Shown piece after piece: positions 30,950-41,498 of a DNA stretch of 64,000 nucleotides. Every line of letters begins with the position of its first letter. Positions within the stretch are counted from its first letter, which is position 1. The DNA comes from Candidatus Poribacteria bacterium (lineage in GTDB: Bacteria > Poribacteria > WGA-4E > PCPOR2b). Position numbers and translations under genes: made by a program. The stretch is taken from contig OZ242351.1 in NCBI GenBank assembly GCA_965208675.1, positions 2,976,001 to 3,040,000 on the forward strand, written 5' to 3'. The notes beneath the pieces were generated by a model. It was not told where the DNA came from, ran no database searches, and was given only the letters and a program-made list of their open reading frames with translations.

Positions 30950-31564
30950 TCAAAAGAAGAACATGCCAATTGCGAAGACTACCATAATCCCACCCATAAC
31001 CAAACAATAAAAACAGGAAATCATCTTTGTAGGTACGGACGAGGTGCGGAAGTATTCGTTCATCTCATTGACAATCCCTCTGAGCACCGAATGGTATTCA
31101 CGCTGTTTGACCTTGATAATGCCCGTTCCCGTCCACGACTGAATGGCTACCTGCAAGTCCGCATCAATTGTTGTAAGCCGTATTACGGAAAGACTCTCTT
31201 CGTAGGGCAACTGTAGTTTCTCAAGCGCCGCTAGAAGCGCCTCACGAAACGACGTATCTGTAACTGCCCACGCCGTGTAACCCTTGAGTTGATAGCACAC
31301 CATTAGAAGAATAACCCCAATCATAATCGCGTGTACCCAATTCATGATTTTGAATGCGCTAGGTAGGAATGACAACGACAGAAGCAATAACACCATCGGA
31401 ATGAAAACAACGAACAAACTCGACAGCCACCATCTGTTTGAAGTCAAGAACGGCTGCTTGGTCAAGATTCCCCGAAACCCAATGGTCAAGACGTACAGTG
31501 CCATAAGTCCAAACAGAATTGGAAATGCAATTGAAAATATCCCCTCATAGAAATCAAGATTCAT
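30950..31564 (-). CDS. 4-TM hypothetical membrane protein, paralog 2
   Basis: Shares VTDTSFREALLAALEKLQLPY...DADLQVAI with paralog 1. Confidence 0.8.
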   Translation of the reverse strand: MNLDFYEGIFSIAFPILFGLMALYVLTIGFRGILTKQPFLTSNRWWLSSLFVVFIPMVLLLLSLSFLPSAFKIMNWVHAIMIGVILLMVCYQLKGYTAWAVTDTSFREALLAALEKLQLPYEESLSVIRLTTIDADLQVAIQSWTGTGIIKVKQREYHSVLRGIVNEMNEYFRTSSVPTKMISCFYCLVMGGIMVVFAIGMFFF

Positions 31565-31637
31565 GTCGTCTTTCTCCTGCCGACCCGGCTCGTTATTCGC
31601 GGTCAGTCATAACCTGAGAGGTACAGCCTCGAATCGC

Positions 31638-32222
31638 CTATAATTTATTTAATATTGTCAAGCCATCACTCCCATCAGGGTTCAGTACAAGTGTATCCTC
31701 CGTCCGCTCCCATGTGCCTGTTTCCGCCTCTCCAGAGATTTCGGTCGTGTAAGCGGAACCAACCAGAGAATAGCTGCCCGGTAACAGATCCGTGCCGACA
31801 AGCACTCCCTGAATATCCCCCACTTGCAACTGCAGCCGAATGACGATTTCTAATTCCATGGCGCCACCCTCATGAAACGAGTAAGAAATCGAGCCGTCAA
31901 AACCAGTAACACCCTCACCAGACCAAAACGCCGCTATAGCCTGTTCTCGAAGATTACCCTCTACAACCGAGCCGTCGGCGTCGAGAAAAGTCCAGTCCTC
32001 ATCGCCGTAATCATCATATTCGGTAAGAGTTTCTCGCGCACTCAGTCCCTGATAGCTCTCAAGTACCCACGTCCCAATCCACGCATTGTCTTCAGGCTCA
32101 ATCGGTTCAGGATCTATAACTTCAGTAATTAACGCCTCGAAACTGTCGCAGCCGATGACGCCGATAATCCCGCAAAGCCCAAATACACCCAAAAACAGAT
32201 TCATTACTATTTGTCTGAACAT
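31638..32222 (-). CDS. Acidic lipoprotein (lipocalin-like beta barrel)
   Basis: Lipobox VIGC; WIGTWVL and GTWERTEDTLVL motifs; RBS GGAGG. Confidence 0.65.
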   Translation of the reverse strand: MFRQIVMNLFLGVFGLCGIIGVIGCDSFEALITEVIDPEPIEPEDNAWIGTWVLESYQGLSARETLTEYDDYGDEDWTFLDADGSVVEGNLREQAIAAFWSGEGVTGFDGSISYSFHEGGAMELEIVIRLQLQVGDIQGVLVGTDLLPGSYSLVGSAYTTEISGEAETGTWERTEDTLVLNPDGSDGLTILNKL

Positions 32223-32357
32223 TTCTGTATCCTCCATAGTATTTATTGATGGCGCTCTAGAGTCAACGCAGCCATTCATCCAAAAGACCGTAGTAGCGAT
32301 CTTCTAATCGCGACGTTTTACTCCATTGTCTCGTGAGATTTCCTTCGTATCAACAAG

Positions 32358-32528
32358 CTACGAATCAAGTTTGCACAAATACACTGTACGATAACTGGCG
32401 GGCGAGACTTCGACCAATCCAACCGCCGTGACTTCAGCGGAAATTGGCAAAGACATCTGTCGGCAAACGGCTACTGCTTGAGCAATCTGACACTCCGATA
32501 AACCGGAAGCAATTGTGCAGTGCGGCAC
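32358..32528 (-). pseudogene. C-terminal fragment of a 2H phosphoesterase (2'-5' RNA ligase-like) protein
   Basis: Manual translation VPHCTIASGLSECQIAQAVAVCRQMSLPISAEVTAVGLVEV...; only the second HxT motif is present. Confidence 0.5.
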
Positions 32529-32582
32529 ACACCTCCCGACGATTGAATTTCCTCACCGATGCCTTTCAGCGTCGAAAAACGG

Positions 32583-33200
32583 TTAGAAGATGATACGAAA
32601 GAAAGCTATGTCAAACGCGAAAAATATCCCAATCACGCCCATACTCAAATAAACCGCGCAGGAAATCAAATTCCTAGGTACGGACGAAATGCGGAAATAC
32701 TCGTTCATCTCACGGACAACCTCTCTGAGCACAGATTTGTGCACCCGCTGTTTGACCCTAATCATCCCGGTTCCCATCCACGAATGAGCAGACACTTGCA
32801 GGTCGGCTTCAATAGAAGTCAGGCGTATTGCGGAAAGACTCACCTCGTAGGGCAACCGCAGCTTTTGAAGCGCTGCTGTCACTCCATCTCGAAACGATGT
32901 ATCTGTCACGGCGTACGCCGTGTAACCCTTGTAATGAAACCATCCCCGCAACAGAAGAAGCCCAAGTATAAGCGGAATCACCCAATTTATAGCATAGAAA
33001 CTGGCGGGTAGCGGCATTGAGAAATTCAGCAGAATTATTGGAACAAATACAACGAACAAAATCGCCAGCCACCATCTATTCGAGACCAAGAAAGGCCGCT
33101 TGACCAGAACGCCCCGAACTCCAATGGTCAAGAAAAAGACTGCCATAATTCCAAACATAATTGGAAAAACCAAATTGTAAAAGTCAGGGTTCATGTTCAT
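32583..33200 (-). CDS. 4-TM hypothetical membrane protein, paralog 3
   Basis: Similar to 30234-30866. Confidence 0.8.
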   Translation of the reverse strand: MNMNPDFYNLVFPIMFGIMAVFFLTIGVRGVLVKRPFLVSNRWWLAILFVVFVPIILLNFSMPLPASFYAINWVIPLILGLLLLRGWFHYKGYTAYAVTDTSFRDGVTAALQKLRLPYEVSLSAIRLTSIEADLQVSAHSWMGTGMIRVKQRVHKSVLREVVREMNEYFRISSVPRNLISCAVYLSMGVIGIFFAFDIAFFRIIF

Positions 33201-33295
33201 TTCCTACTATTGCCATGTTAACTTGGACCGCTAGTACGCTTCGCCGAAGCGTCTGACAAACTAGAGCGGAGCAGTACAATCCCAGTTCCTACCAA

Positions 33296-33460
33296 CTAAG
33301 AATTTGATTCAGGCGGTTCATAGTGTAACTCCAGCGCTTCTCTTAGATTGAGCAATGCCTCTGCTTCGCTTCTGCCTTGACTCGCAATATCAACCTCTAA
33401 ACATTGCGCAATAAACCAATCATCTTCTTGCCATACACTCGCCGTAAAAATCCGGGTTAT
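33296..33460 (-). pseudogene. HicB-family antitoxin remnant (ATA in the start position, no hicA)
   Basis: ITRIFTASVWQEDDWFIAQCLEVDIASQGRSEAEALLNLREALELHYEP. Confidence 0.7.
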
Positions 33461-33751
33461 CCCCTAACGTAAGTCATCCTGCATATTCGTAAAACTAACG
33501 ATGAATTTCCTATTAAGATAACCAGCATTTGCCTCACGTCTGCGCCGAACTGCTGGTTTATTTCGACCATGTCATAGTTATCTTAGGCACCCAACAAGTA
33601 TTACCTAAATCTTCTGCATAGGATGACTGTCCGCCTGGGCCTATCCTTAACATTCATTATATTGTCCGTATGAGCCACGTTAATGACGGGGTCGTTTGAT
33701 TGGAAAAACCTTTCCTGTCAAGAAAATATTCTTGAGATTTGGCACGCAAAA

Positions 33752-34252
33752 TCAATGTGGCTGTACCACGACCGTCAAGTTACTCTCAATCGCACAACGA
33801 ATGTGTTCATTGGATAAATCAGGACTAACGCCGTGGGTTGAACAGAATATATTAAGGTTCTGATAACCCCACACCAAGAATCGCTGTGAATCCTCCTTTG
33901 AGACTGTCGTTCCTCCCTCCGCTCGAACAGGCGTTCCAAACATTATCGAATAGAACGCAAGCCACGGCGGGAGCATATCCATCCAAAAAAACAGTTCTGG
34001 AACCACGTCAAAAAGATGATGAAACCATTTCCTCACTTCACCAATAAGAAACAGTTGTCGGGAGTCATCGTCGTACCCGTTGACCATGATGTTAACGCGA
34101 TTTCGATTCCTATCGATCAAAGTTGGAACAAAACTGTCAAGAATTTCACGGACACGTGACGCATTTACACTAACAATTTCATCCTTTGAAATCAATATTG
34201 TAACAGGTGATTTCAAACAATCCTCCAATCGGTTAACTTTGATTTCCAACAC
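33752..34252 (-). CDS. CRR6/DUF1817-like protein
   Basis: GYDDDSRQLFLIGEVRKWF...PELFFWM motif. Confidence 0.6.
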   Translation of the reverse strand: MLEIKVNRLEDCLKSPVTILISKDEIVSVNASRVREILDSFVPTLIDRNRNRVNIMVNGYDDDSRQLFLIGEVRKWFHHLFDVVPELFFWMDMLPPWLAFYSIMFGTPVRAEGGTTVSKEDSQRFLVWGYQNLNIFCSTHGVSPDLSNEHIRCAIESNLTVVVQPH

Positions 34253-34369
34253 CCCCGCTCATTTTTCCAAAAAACTAAACGAGCAATGCTTGGCTTTGTC
34301 CAAACCAAGGTTGGTACACCAAAGCCTGTTATCAATCGGAATCGCGGGATAGATGCCTCGCGTCATCCA

Positions 34370-34498
34370 TTACTTTAACACGAATCGTAACGCTTCATTC
34401 ACAGCTTCGTCATCGGGAAAAGCAGCGGCAACATCTGGTGCTAGACGGACAATGTTCGCACCGTCAGCATATTGCTGAGCATGTTTCCCACGAACGTT
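34370..34498 (-). pseudogene. BrnA-like antitoxin C-terminal remnant
   Basis: VRGKHAQQYADGANIVRLAPDVAAAFPDDEAVNEALRFVLK*; no in-frame start upstream. Confidence 0.65.
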
Positions 34499-34542
34499 GA
34501 GAATTAGGATAATAGCATTACTTTCAATACTGCCTTATTATA

Positions 34543-35424
34543 CTAACCGTCTGATGCTGCCGAAATTTCCCGCCACATCTCAATAGCAGAGGGGGTTCGA
34601 GCACTAACATGTCGTCGCAATGCCCGGGCAACCGATCCCGCAAATCTTGATGATAATCCTTCAGCAATCTCTCTCGGACGACCGGCAACAATCTCATCCT
34701 TCGTGAAATCAGGTGTTTCGTTGAGCAGCATACCTAGCAATAGCAAACCTACGTGATATATGTCAACATGCTTACCCAATACACCAAACTCTGCAGGTCT
34801 CAGGAATTCGGGAGGTAACATCCAATGGGCAAGGCGAGTATTGAAAAAACTAATGTCCCCTTCAAGACGGCTGATACCCAAGTCGCCGATTTTGAATCTA
34901 AAAATGGAATTTGTGTCGGGCTTCATTGGGTGCCGCTGTTCTGATACAAACACATTTCCTGCGTGTAAGTCCTTATGAACAAAACCATGGTCGTGGATGA
35001 ATTGGAGCCCATTGAGAATGTCACGACAGACATAGGGCAACCAAAGTTCTCCGGTTATGTCAGGGTTTTCGATAAATTCTTTCAGCGAGCAAAAACACTT
35101 CTCCACAATAATGTAGAACGTATCTTTGTGTTCAAAAGCACCGTGGATATAGGTAACATGTGGATGGCGGAGTAGTTGAAGTTTTTGCAACTCATGAATC
35201 CACTCCTCTCGTATAACCTCATACCGCTGATTCCGTGGCAAAAGCACTTTGGCGGCTAGTTCGTTTCCCCACTCGTCACGACAATCAAATACAACACCGA
35301 ACGCGCCTTGCCCGATTTGCTGACCGATGTAGTAATTAATTCCCTTACATTCAATTTTTTCGCCGGTTTTTGGAGGCACAAATGTCCGGGGCACCGGCAG
35401 TCGGAGGTTTTGATTGTGTGTCAT
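34543..35424 (-). CDS. Stand-alone Ser/Thr protein kinase
   Basis: IGQGAFGVV, AAK, VHKDLHAGN, IGDLG. Confidence 0.85.
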   Translation of the reverse strand: MTHNQNLRLPVPRTFVPPKTGEKIECKGINYYIGQQIGQGAFGVVFDCRDEWGNELAAKVLLPRNQRYEVIREEWIHELQKLQLLRHPHVTYIHGAFEHKDTFYIIVEKCFCSLKEFIENPDITGELWLPYVCRDILNGLQFIHDHGFVHKDLHAGNVFVSEQRHPMKPDTNSIFRFKIGDLGISRLEGDISFFNTRLAHWMLPPEFLRPAEFGVLGKHVDIYHVGLLLLGMLLNETPDFTKDEIVAGRPREIAEGLSSRFAGSVARALRRHVSARTPSAIEMWREISAASDG

Positions 35425-35509
35425 TCCGAACTGCTACCTCACCAACAAGGACATGCACTATACAGCACCCTCATAAATTACAAATATGGTTGAGATTATT
35501 CCGATTATT

Positions 35510-36196
35510 TCAATAGTCCTGATCTCGCAATGCAAGAAACATGGAATCCAAAATCTGTAAAAGGTGTTGACTAACCATCCCCCATGATTTGTTCGTGGCC
35601 TTTGAGGCAGATTTATATCCCCAAGTGTTTGGTTCTTCTTGTTCTGCTACAATAGGGAAGTTTACGCTTTCCGAATCTCCAACTCTCTTGTCCACGATCT
35701 CAACTTCTAACCAAGATGTGCCAATCCACCTACCTTGAGGAACAAAAGACATTGCAAGTAAGGTCTGTTGGGTTGATGCAACTGATACCACATTGACCCA
35801 ATTATTAGGTGCAACTGCTAATGTTGAGGAAAACCTATTCTGAACATAAGCTATGGGCACGCGGCGTATTCCAAAATTTGCTTCATTCGCTTTAAGCCTT
35901 ATTTTTACAGCTACATTTCCGGCTGGGATTTTCTCGAAGTATTCAGCCCATTTTAGTGAATTCCCATATATGTAGGTAAGACCATTGCGTATACTAGTTA
36001 TGGCTTCTTGCGACCTTTCCTTATCCGTCCTTGCGTCCAACACCGAAAAAATAACCGGCTTCGCAAGGTTTAATCCTTTCCTAGGCGTGTCACGAATCTC
36101 TGGTATAGCAACGCGTTGCACAGCACAGCCAATAGCATGGAGTAATACTACAAGCAACAAGATTATCAGATTTTTCCACGGCCTAGATTCCTGCAT
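35510..36196 (-). CDS. Hypothetical lipoprotein
   Basis: Lipobox AIGC. Confidence 0.65.
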   Translation of the reverse strand: MQESRPWKNLIILLLVVLLHAIGCAVQRVAIPEIRDTPRKGLNLAKPVIFSVLDARTDKERSQEAITSIRNGLTYIYGNSLKWAEYFEKIPAGNVAVKIRLKANEANFGIRRVPIAYVQNRFSSTLAVAPNNWVNVVSVASTQQTLLAMSFVPQGRWIGTSWLEVEIVDKRVGDSESVNFPIVAEQEEPNTWGYKSASKATNKSWGMVSQHLLQILDSMFLALRDQDY

Positions 36197-36294
36197 GAGA
36201 ATATCCTTCTTGATGATGTCCAGTTACGTTGAACCTACTGTTGCCGGATGTCGCTGCTTAGTAACTCGTGTAAGAAACCGTTGCAACAGAATTT

Positions 36295-37215
36295 CTAAAG
36301 ACCGTGAAATTTTGAGAGTATTTGTGCCAAAAGGTTTCCTCCTGCTCCGATTCCAACACTCCAAGTACCCTCCGAAGCCTTTTTCATCATTCCGGCTATC
36401 CACGAAGACACCTTAGGACCAAATTGTCCCGGAGATTTAGGTGTTTCATCTGAATCAACAGCCTCTCTTAGGTCTGCGATGTCTCCTTCAGATACGCCAT
36501 TGGCTTGCAACACACGGCGCATTGACTCAAAGTCAGTTGGTACGATGTTGAATTCTATAGATGAGTCTTTTGCTGTCCCTACTAGGTTTGCAGGTCCGCC
36601 GTAGACGGTCGTATTGAATATTTGTGTAATCGTATCCGAACTAGGGGATTCCCGAGCGTTTGACTTTGGGTCGCCTGCATTGGGATGTTCCTTCCATACA
36701 GCCAATGAAAAGTCCAATATGCGGTCTCGTACTGTATTAAGCAGTTCAACAAAATTTGTTTTGCTGAACTCGGCCCAACACTCTAGGCAAATCATATCCT
36801 TGTAAACAGTTGCACCCAAAGTCAACGACAAATCTCCTGTATCGACTTGAATTATGTCACTGTCGTTTTCCTTTAGAGCTGACTCGACGGTTGCAACACT
36901 CATCCTAAATTCATACTCCATGTAACTTCCCCGAACATCTTTGGGAAGCAACGCTGGAGTAATCGGTGCATTCCTTAGGCCGGAACCAAACGGCCCCGCG
37001 AAATTCCCTTTCACCTGAAGAGACCACACGCGGTACCCGGGCACAGGAACATCCTCTGGATAACCGTTGGATTCCCAAATGAGCCAATTCTCAAGCTGCC
37101 GACTACCCAAATGTGCAGCTAAGAGTTTACACTTCCTGATCACCGTTCCTAGGTCACTTGAGGCATCAATTGCAGCGTTCTGAATGTCTTCCAGTAGGCT
37201 AATTTCAACCTCCAA
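36295..37215 (-). CDS. AbiTii-like domain protein
   Basis: LLEDIQNAAID...RKCKLLAAHLG...WLIWESNGY...VPGYR N-terminal pattern. Confidence 0.65.
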   Translation of the reverse strand: MEVEISLLEDIQNAAIDASSDLGTVIRKCKLLAAHLGSRQLENWLIWESNGYPEDVPVPGYRVWSLQVKGNFAGPFGSGLRNAPITPALLPKDVRGSYMEYEFRMSVATVESALKENDSDIIQVDTGDLSLTLGATVYKDMICLECWAEFSKTNFVELLNTVRDRILDFSLAVWKEHPNAGDPKSNARESPSSDTITQIFNTTVYGGPANLVGTAKDSSIEFNIVPTDFESMRRVLQANGVSEGDIADLREAVDSDETPKSPGQFGPKVSSWIAGMMKKASEGTWSVGIGAGGNLLAQILSKFHGL

Positions 37216-37274
37216 TCACTAACTTATTCTTAGACAGAGCTTATTTCTTCTCTAAGTTCCGTTGACCGCTCCAC

Positions 37275-40200
37275 CTAAAAATCCAAACTCACCCCCATCA
37301 TGACCAATCGCGGTGAACTCCACGAGAGCGGACTCGAATGCTTCCTATTGTTGAGCGGGATACCGTACCGGTCGTATGTAACCGGGTCTATCAGGTCGTC
37401 CAAATTCCTCGTATTAAAGATGTTCCGAATATCCGCAAACACGGTATACGTCATCCCCGCACGTATTATCCGCTTGCTAAGAAGCACATCAACATTGTAC
37501 GTCGGCGGGTACCGCTTCGAGTTCACGTCAGGCTTAATCGGCGCGGCAGGATTCGGCGTGTAGGGCAAGCCGCTGGCGTACCTGCCAATCAGATTCGCCG
37601 TAGCATTAAGCGGCAATTGAATCCCCAACGTACCGGACACAATGTGGCGCTGATCCCAGTCTAAAGGGTGGCTTTCAGTCACTTCGGGCTGCTGCCGATA
37701 AAAGGTCAGGTAACCCAGATTGCGGCTGGAGCCCTTCCCCTTCGCAACGGAATACGTATAGCTGAACATCCCGGAGACCCGGCTCTGACCCGTGCCCCAC
37801 TTGCGAAGCGTAAACTCAAATCCTTGAACCCGACCGTAGATGTCATTGATGAAATAACTGTAATCGTTAGTAATATCGACATGCAGGCTGCTCACAAGGT
37901 CGTTGATATCTTTCGTGAACCCGGTCAGGTCAACAGTTAAGTCGTCCGTGAGTTGTTGCGCCACGCCAACCTCGTACGCGATAGTCTTCTCCGGTTCGAG
38001 GTCGGGATTCCCCTTTCTCCGAATGGCGCCCCGCATATCAAAGTAAAGATTTTCGTAGAGATCATCGCCCCGTGGAATCTGGTAATAATGTCCGTACGTA
38101 AAGTGCAACTTCGCCCGATCTGTAATCGGAAACGACATCCCGAGGCGCGGCGCGAGCGACCGCTTGACCGACGGATTAACCGGATCCTTGATGATGGGTA
38201 ACCCAACCCTGTAGACACTCTTGTCTAACTTAAATGTACCATCCTCGTTAAGTTCGAGCGGATTCAGCGGGTCTTTAGGAATGTCGCCCTCAGGATTATA
38301 CTGCTCATACCGCAACCCCGCATTGACAATCATTCCCGCGTACTCCATCTTGTCTTGTACATACAGGCTAACACTGCCGGGCGTTACGTCATAATACTCC
38401 AGGTAGAGATTGGAACTCCCATGATTTGTCGCTCCGAGATAATATAGATTCTGCGTCGAGAATTCAGCCCCCGTCTGAATCTGGTGATTTGCCGTCACTT
38501 GGCTGGCAAAATCCGCTTTAACTATGGACGTCGTCGAGCTGCGGTCAACCCAACTATTGTCATCGCCGGCAATGAAGTAGCTTGTATCGTTGTACGCCTG
38601 TTGGGTCGGGTTCCTGATTCTTCCCTCATTTTGGTTCTCCTCGAAGGTTTTATCCGGATCCCAAGCGTTCTCCTCAAACGTTTTATCCAACGGATCCCAC
38701 AATTTGTCGGGTTGATGGCTCTCAAAGGAACGATGAAACTGCCCAACCGTCAGGGTGTAGAACGTACCCGAATTGAGATTATGTGAAAGCTGCACCGACA
38801 TGCTCCTCCCATCCCGGTTCGCCACCGGAACCGCGCTGGGTAGAAAGCGCAGCGAACCGCCGTACGAGTTGGATTCTCGCTGATCCATCAGCCCGCTCGC
38901 CGTGAGTTTGATGTCGGGAGTCACCTCAAACTTGAGTTTACCCTGAAAAGTGTATCCCCTCGAGTCATTGTTGGGCAGGTAGCTTTCATCCCGCCGCAAC
39001 TGGCTTGCGGCGGAGAATGTCAGCCGATTGCCCCATATCGGTCCGCTGAGCGCAAATTCCCCTATATGCATCGGGCTAAGTTCATAATTCTTCGTGTCGT
39101 TGAATAACCCGCTGTACTGCTCCAAATCCACAACATAGTTGTCAAACAGCGTAACCTGTTTTTTCTCATAGTCTATAACCGTGCCGTCGGCGTCCTGATA
39201 AGGTTGGCGTGACGTAACCGCCTCGCCTGTATCCGGATTTACCATGGGTTCGCTCGTCTCCGGATCAATCACCGGAAGCTGCGGATTTTTCGTCATGTCC
39301 GCATACACACCCGGGACAATCTCCGTGAATTCTACCCTGTCATCGCCCTCACGCGCAGCCAACTCGCCAACGGTAACCGCTTCACCGCGATAGGGCGTCT
39401 GATAGTCGTAAGGCTTGCCGAGGAAGATGCCCCTGAAAGGTTCGAGCGCCACAGGCCGGAAACCGTTGTCCGGATCCAGCCAAGGGCCGTATAACGGATC
39501 GCCGTGGTGCTCCGCCCACTGCCCAACGCGGTACCGGATGCGCCCGGAAAATTTTTGCGTGCCGGCTTTCGTGATGAGATTAATTACTCCGGATTGCGCA
39601 TCACCGTGTTCCGCATTGAAGCCGCCTGTGATAACCTCCATCTGTTCAATCGTATTCGCGTCGACACTCACGCCCAAGCCCCTGAAAATCGGGTCATTAA
39701 TCGGGATACCGTCAATCAGATATTTAATCTCCATTGAGCGTCCCCCGCGAATGTGGAGCGTGCCGGTCGCGTTATCTACCGCGACGCCAGCCTGCGTTTG
39801 CAGAATCCCGTTCACGGTGTCACGCGGCATGGCAGCAATCTCGTCTGCTTCAATAATCCTTGTGCTTTGTGTAACATCCCGCTTAATTAGAGGTTTGGTT
39901 GCCGTCACCTCTATCTCTTCCAGAGTTACAACTTCAGCGGCATCCAACGCAAAGTTTAAGGTTGTGGTGAGTCCGGCGAACACCTTCGCACCCATCACAG
40001 TCTTTGAAGCGTAGTCTGTGAGCTCGGCTTTTACATCAATACTCCCCGGCGGGATGTTTGCCATGACATAATAGCCATCGTCATTCGTTGCCGCAGTGCT
40101 GCTTGTCCCGACAATTGTTACCGTAGCATTCGACAGCGGTGCCCTGGTCGCTTCATCGGTAATTACACCCGAAATCTTGCCGGTGATGGCGGCGTAGACG

Positions 40201-40277
40201 CTGCGGTCACCTACTTCGAGCATAAGCACTGCTGCGCATGTCAAAAATATCCAGAAGATAACGTGTCTTCTTTTCAT
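37275..40277 (-). CDS. TonB-dependent receptor with N-terminal carboxypeptidase-regulatory-like domain
   Basis: GKISGVITD, LHIRGGR, TGGFNAEHGDAQSGVINLITK, NPDLEPEKTIAYE; C-terminal F. Confidence 0.92.
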   Translation of the reverse strand: MKRRHVIFWIFLTCAAVLMLEVGDRSVYAAITGKISGVITDEATRAPLSNATVTIVGTSSTAATNDDGYYVMANIPPGSIDVKAELTDYASKTVMGAKVFAGLTTTLNFALDAAEVVTLEEIEVTATKPLIKRDVTQSTRIIEADEIAAMPRDTVNGILQTQAGVAVDNATGTLHIRGGRSMEIKYLIDGIPINDPIFRGLGVSVDANTIEQMEVITGGFNAEHGDAQSGVINLITKAGTQKFSGRIRYRVGQWAEHHGDPLYGPWLDPDNGFRPVALEPFRGIFLGKPYDYQTPYRGEAVTVGELAAREGDDRVEFTEIVPGVYADMTKNPQLPVIDPETSEPMVNPDTGEAVTSRQPYQDADGTVIDYEKKQVTLFDNYVVDLEQYSGLFNDTKNYELSPMHIGEFALSGPIWGNRLTFSAASQLRRDESYLPNNDSRGYTFQGKLKFEVTPDIKLTASGLMDQRESNSYGGSLRFLPSAVPVANRDGRSMSVQLSHNLNSGTFYTLTVGQFHRSFESHQPDKLWDPLDKTFEENAWDPDKTFEENQNEGRIRNPTQQAYNDTSYFIAGDDNSWVDRSSTTSIVKADFASQVTANHQIQTGAEFSTQNLYYLGATNHGSSNLYLEYYDVTPGSVSLYVQDKMEYAGMIVNAGLRYEQYNPEGDIPKDPLNPLELNEDGTFKLDKSVYRVGLPIIKDPVNPSVKRSLAPRLGMSFPITDRAKLHFTYGHYYQIPRGDDLYENLYFDMRGAIRRKGNPDLEPEKTIAYEVGVAQQLTDDLTVDLTGFTKDINDLVSSLHVDITNDYSYFINDIYGRVQGFEFTLRKWGTGQSRVSGMFSYTYSVAKGKGSSRNLGYLTFYRQQPEVTESHPLDWDQRHIVSGTLGIQLPLNATANLIGRYASGLPYTPNPAAPIKPDVNSKRYPPTYNVDVLLSKRIIRAGMTYTVFADIRNIFNTRNLDDLIDPVTYDRYGIPLNNRKHSSPLSWSSPRLVMMGVSLDF

Positions 40278-40588
40278 TGATATCTCTCCTGAAATCAAGC
40301 ATTGTGGGTTTGAAGTTCGTTTCGATTATGTCTTTATATTTAGAACACTCGCCGAATGATTTCTTCCCTATCCTTAACACCGTAAATTCCTCAACGCTGC
40401 AAATCGCATCCCCTCCAGCGGTTTCGCCACATGCCTCGGACCACGCCGCTCATACGCTGCACCATTGGTCAGTTTCATGTGAAATTTTAACATATTTGAA
40501 CATGATTCGGTAGGTGCGGTTTCCATCCACACCTGCGGATTCGACAAAAATTTTGCCGGTTCGACTATCACTTGATTTCGCGGTTCAA

Positions 40589-41134
40589 CTACTCCGCACG
40601 CCTCATAAGGACAAACGTACCGGTGGGGGCAGTAGATCTTAGCGTCAGCGTTTCTTCCGATAAACTCCACGTGGCTTCCGCTATGGAAATTGGGCTTTGC
40701 TCCTCTCCGTAATTTAGCGTATCCCAGACATCCTTAGGTTCAAGGATAACCTTTTCTTCTTCCGCAACGAACGACAACTGTGAACCCGATTGAGTATATT
40801 TCCCGTTCGTGGCAAAAGTTTGCTTCAGCGTGACAAGAACGCCGTCACTTTTAGTGACGGTCGACTCAAATCCAAGAATAAGACTATACGAACCGTCAGC
40901 GGCAAAAACCACCTCATTCTCGGCAATCTTCGAATCTATTCCTTGAACTTGCCCTTGTACACCGAAAGCGAACGACAAAGCAAAGGTTAGCAAGTTGGCT
41001 ACTGCGCTAAGGGGTTGGTCATCAATCGAGACAATCTCCCATGATCCAACCAATGATGGCTCGTCTTCGTCACTGCTGCCGCAACCCATCGCAACTAATA
41101 GAATTACCACAATCACGGAAGAATTCCGCATCAT
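40589..41134 (-). CDS. Lipoprotein (lipocalin-like)
   Basis: Lipobox AMGC; LVGSWEIVSI. Confidence 0.7.
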   Translation of the reverse strand: MMRNSSVIVVILLVAMGCGSSDEDEPSLVGSWEIVSIDDQPLSAVANLLTFALSFAFGVQGQVQGIDSKIAENEVVFAADGSYSLILGFESTVTKSDGVLVTLKQTFATNGKYTQSGSQLSFVAEEEKVILEPKDVWDTLNYGEEQSPISIAEATWSLSEETLTLRSTAPTGTFVLMRRAE

Positions 41135-41226
41135 CGTTTCTGTTCCCCCATTCTATCAATAGGACCAATCTGGCAAGTTGCCAACTCCGGTATTTTTGCT
41201 GTTTTTTACCATACTTTAATATCTGT

Positions 41227-41376
41227 TAGGAGTTACGCAGTTGATCGTCCAAGGGTTCGTAGTAGGGCAATTCATTGCCCGTTTATCCGTAAAACAATAT
41301 GTCAGGTCAAGGAAGTGAACGACCTGCCTGACGCGCAATAAATTGCGCTACTACAAACTGAACTGCGTAAGTCCTA
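41227..41376. mobile_element. 150-bp MITE with 16-bp TIRs and a 6-bp target duplication
   Basis: TAGGAGTTACGCAGTT ... AACTGCGTAAGTCCTA (1 mismatch), flanked by ATCTGT on both sides. Confidence 0.85.
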
Positions 41377-41498
41377 ATCTGTATGAGAACATCAGTTGGC
41401 GGGGCTTCCTAGCCCCGATAATCCGGACACAAAGATTCCCCTCCTACATTCAAACAATACAACCCATCTGACGGTGCAATTAGATGATTCGCCGCGAA

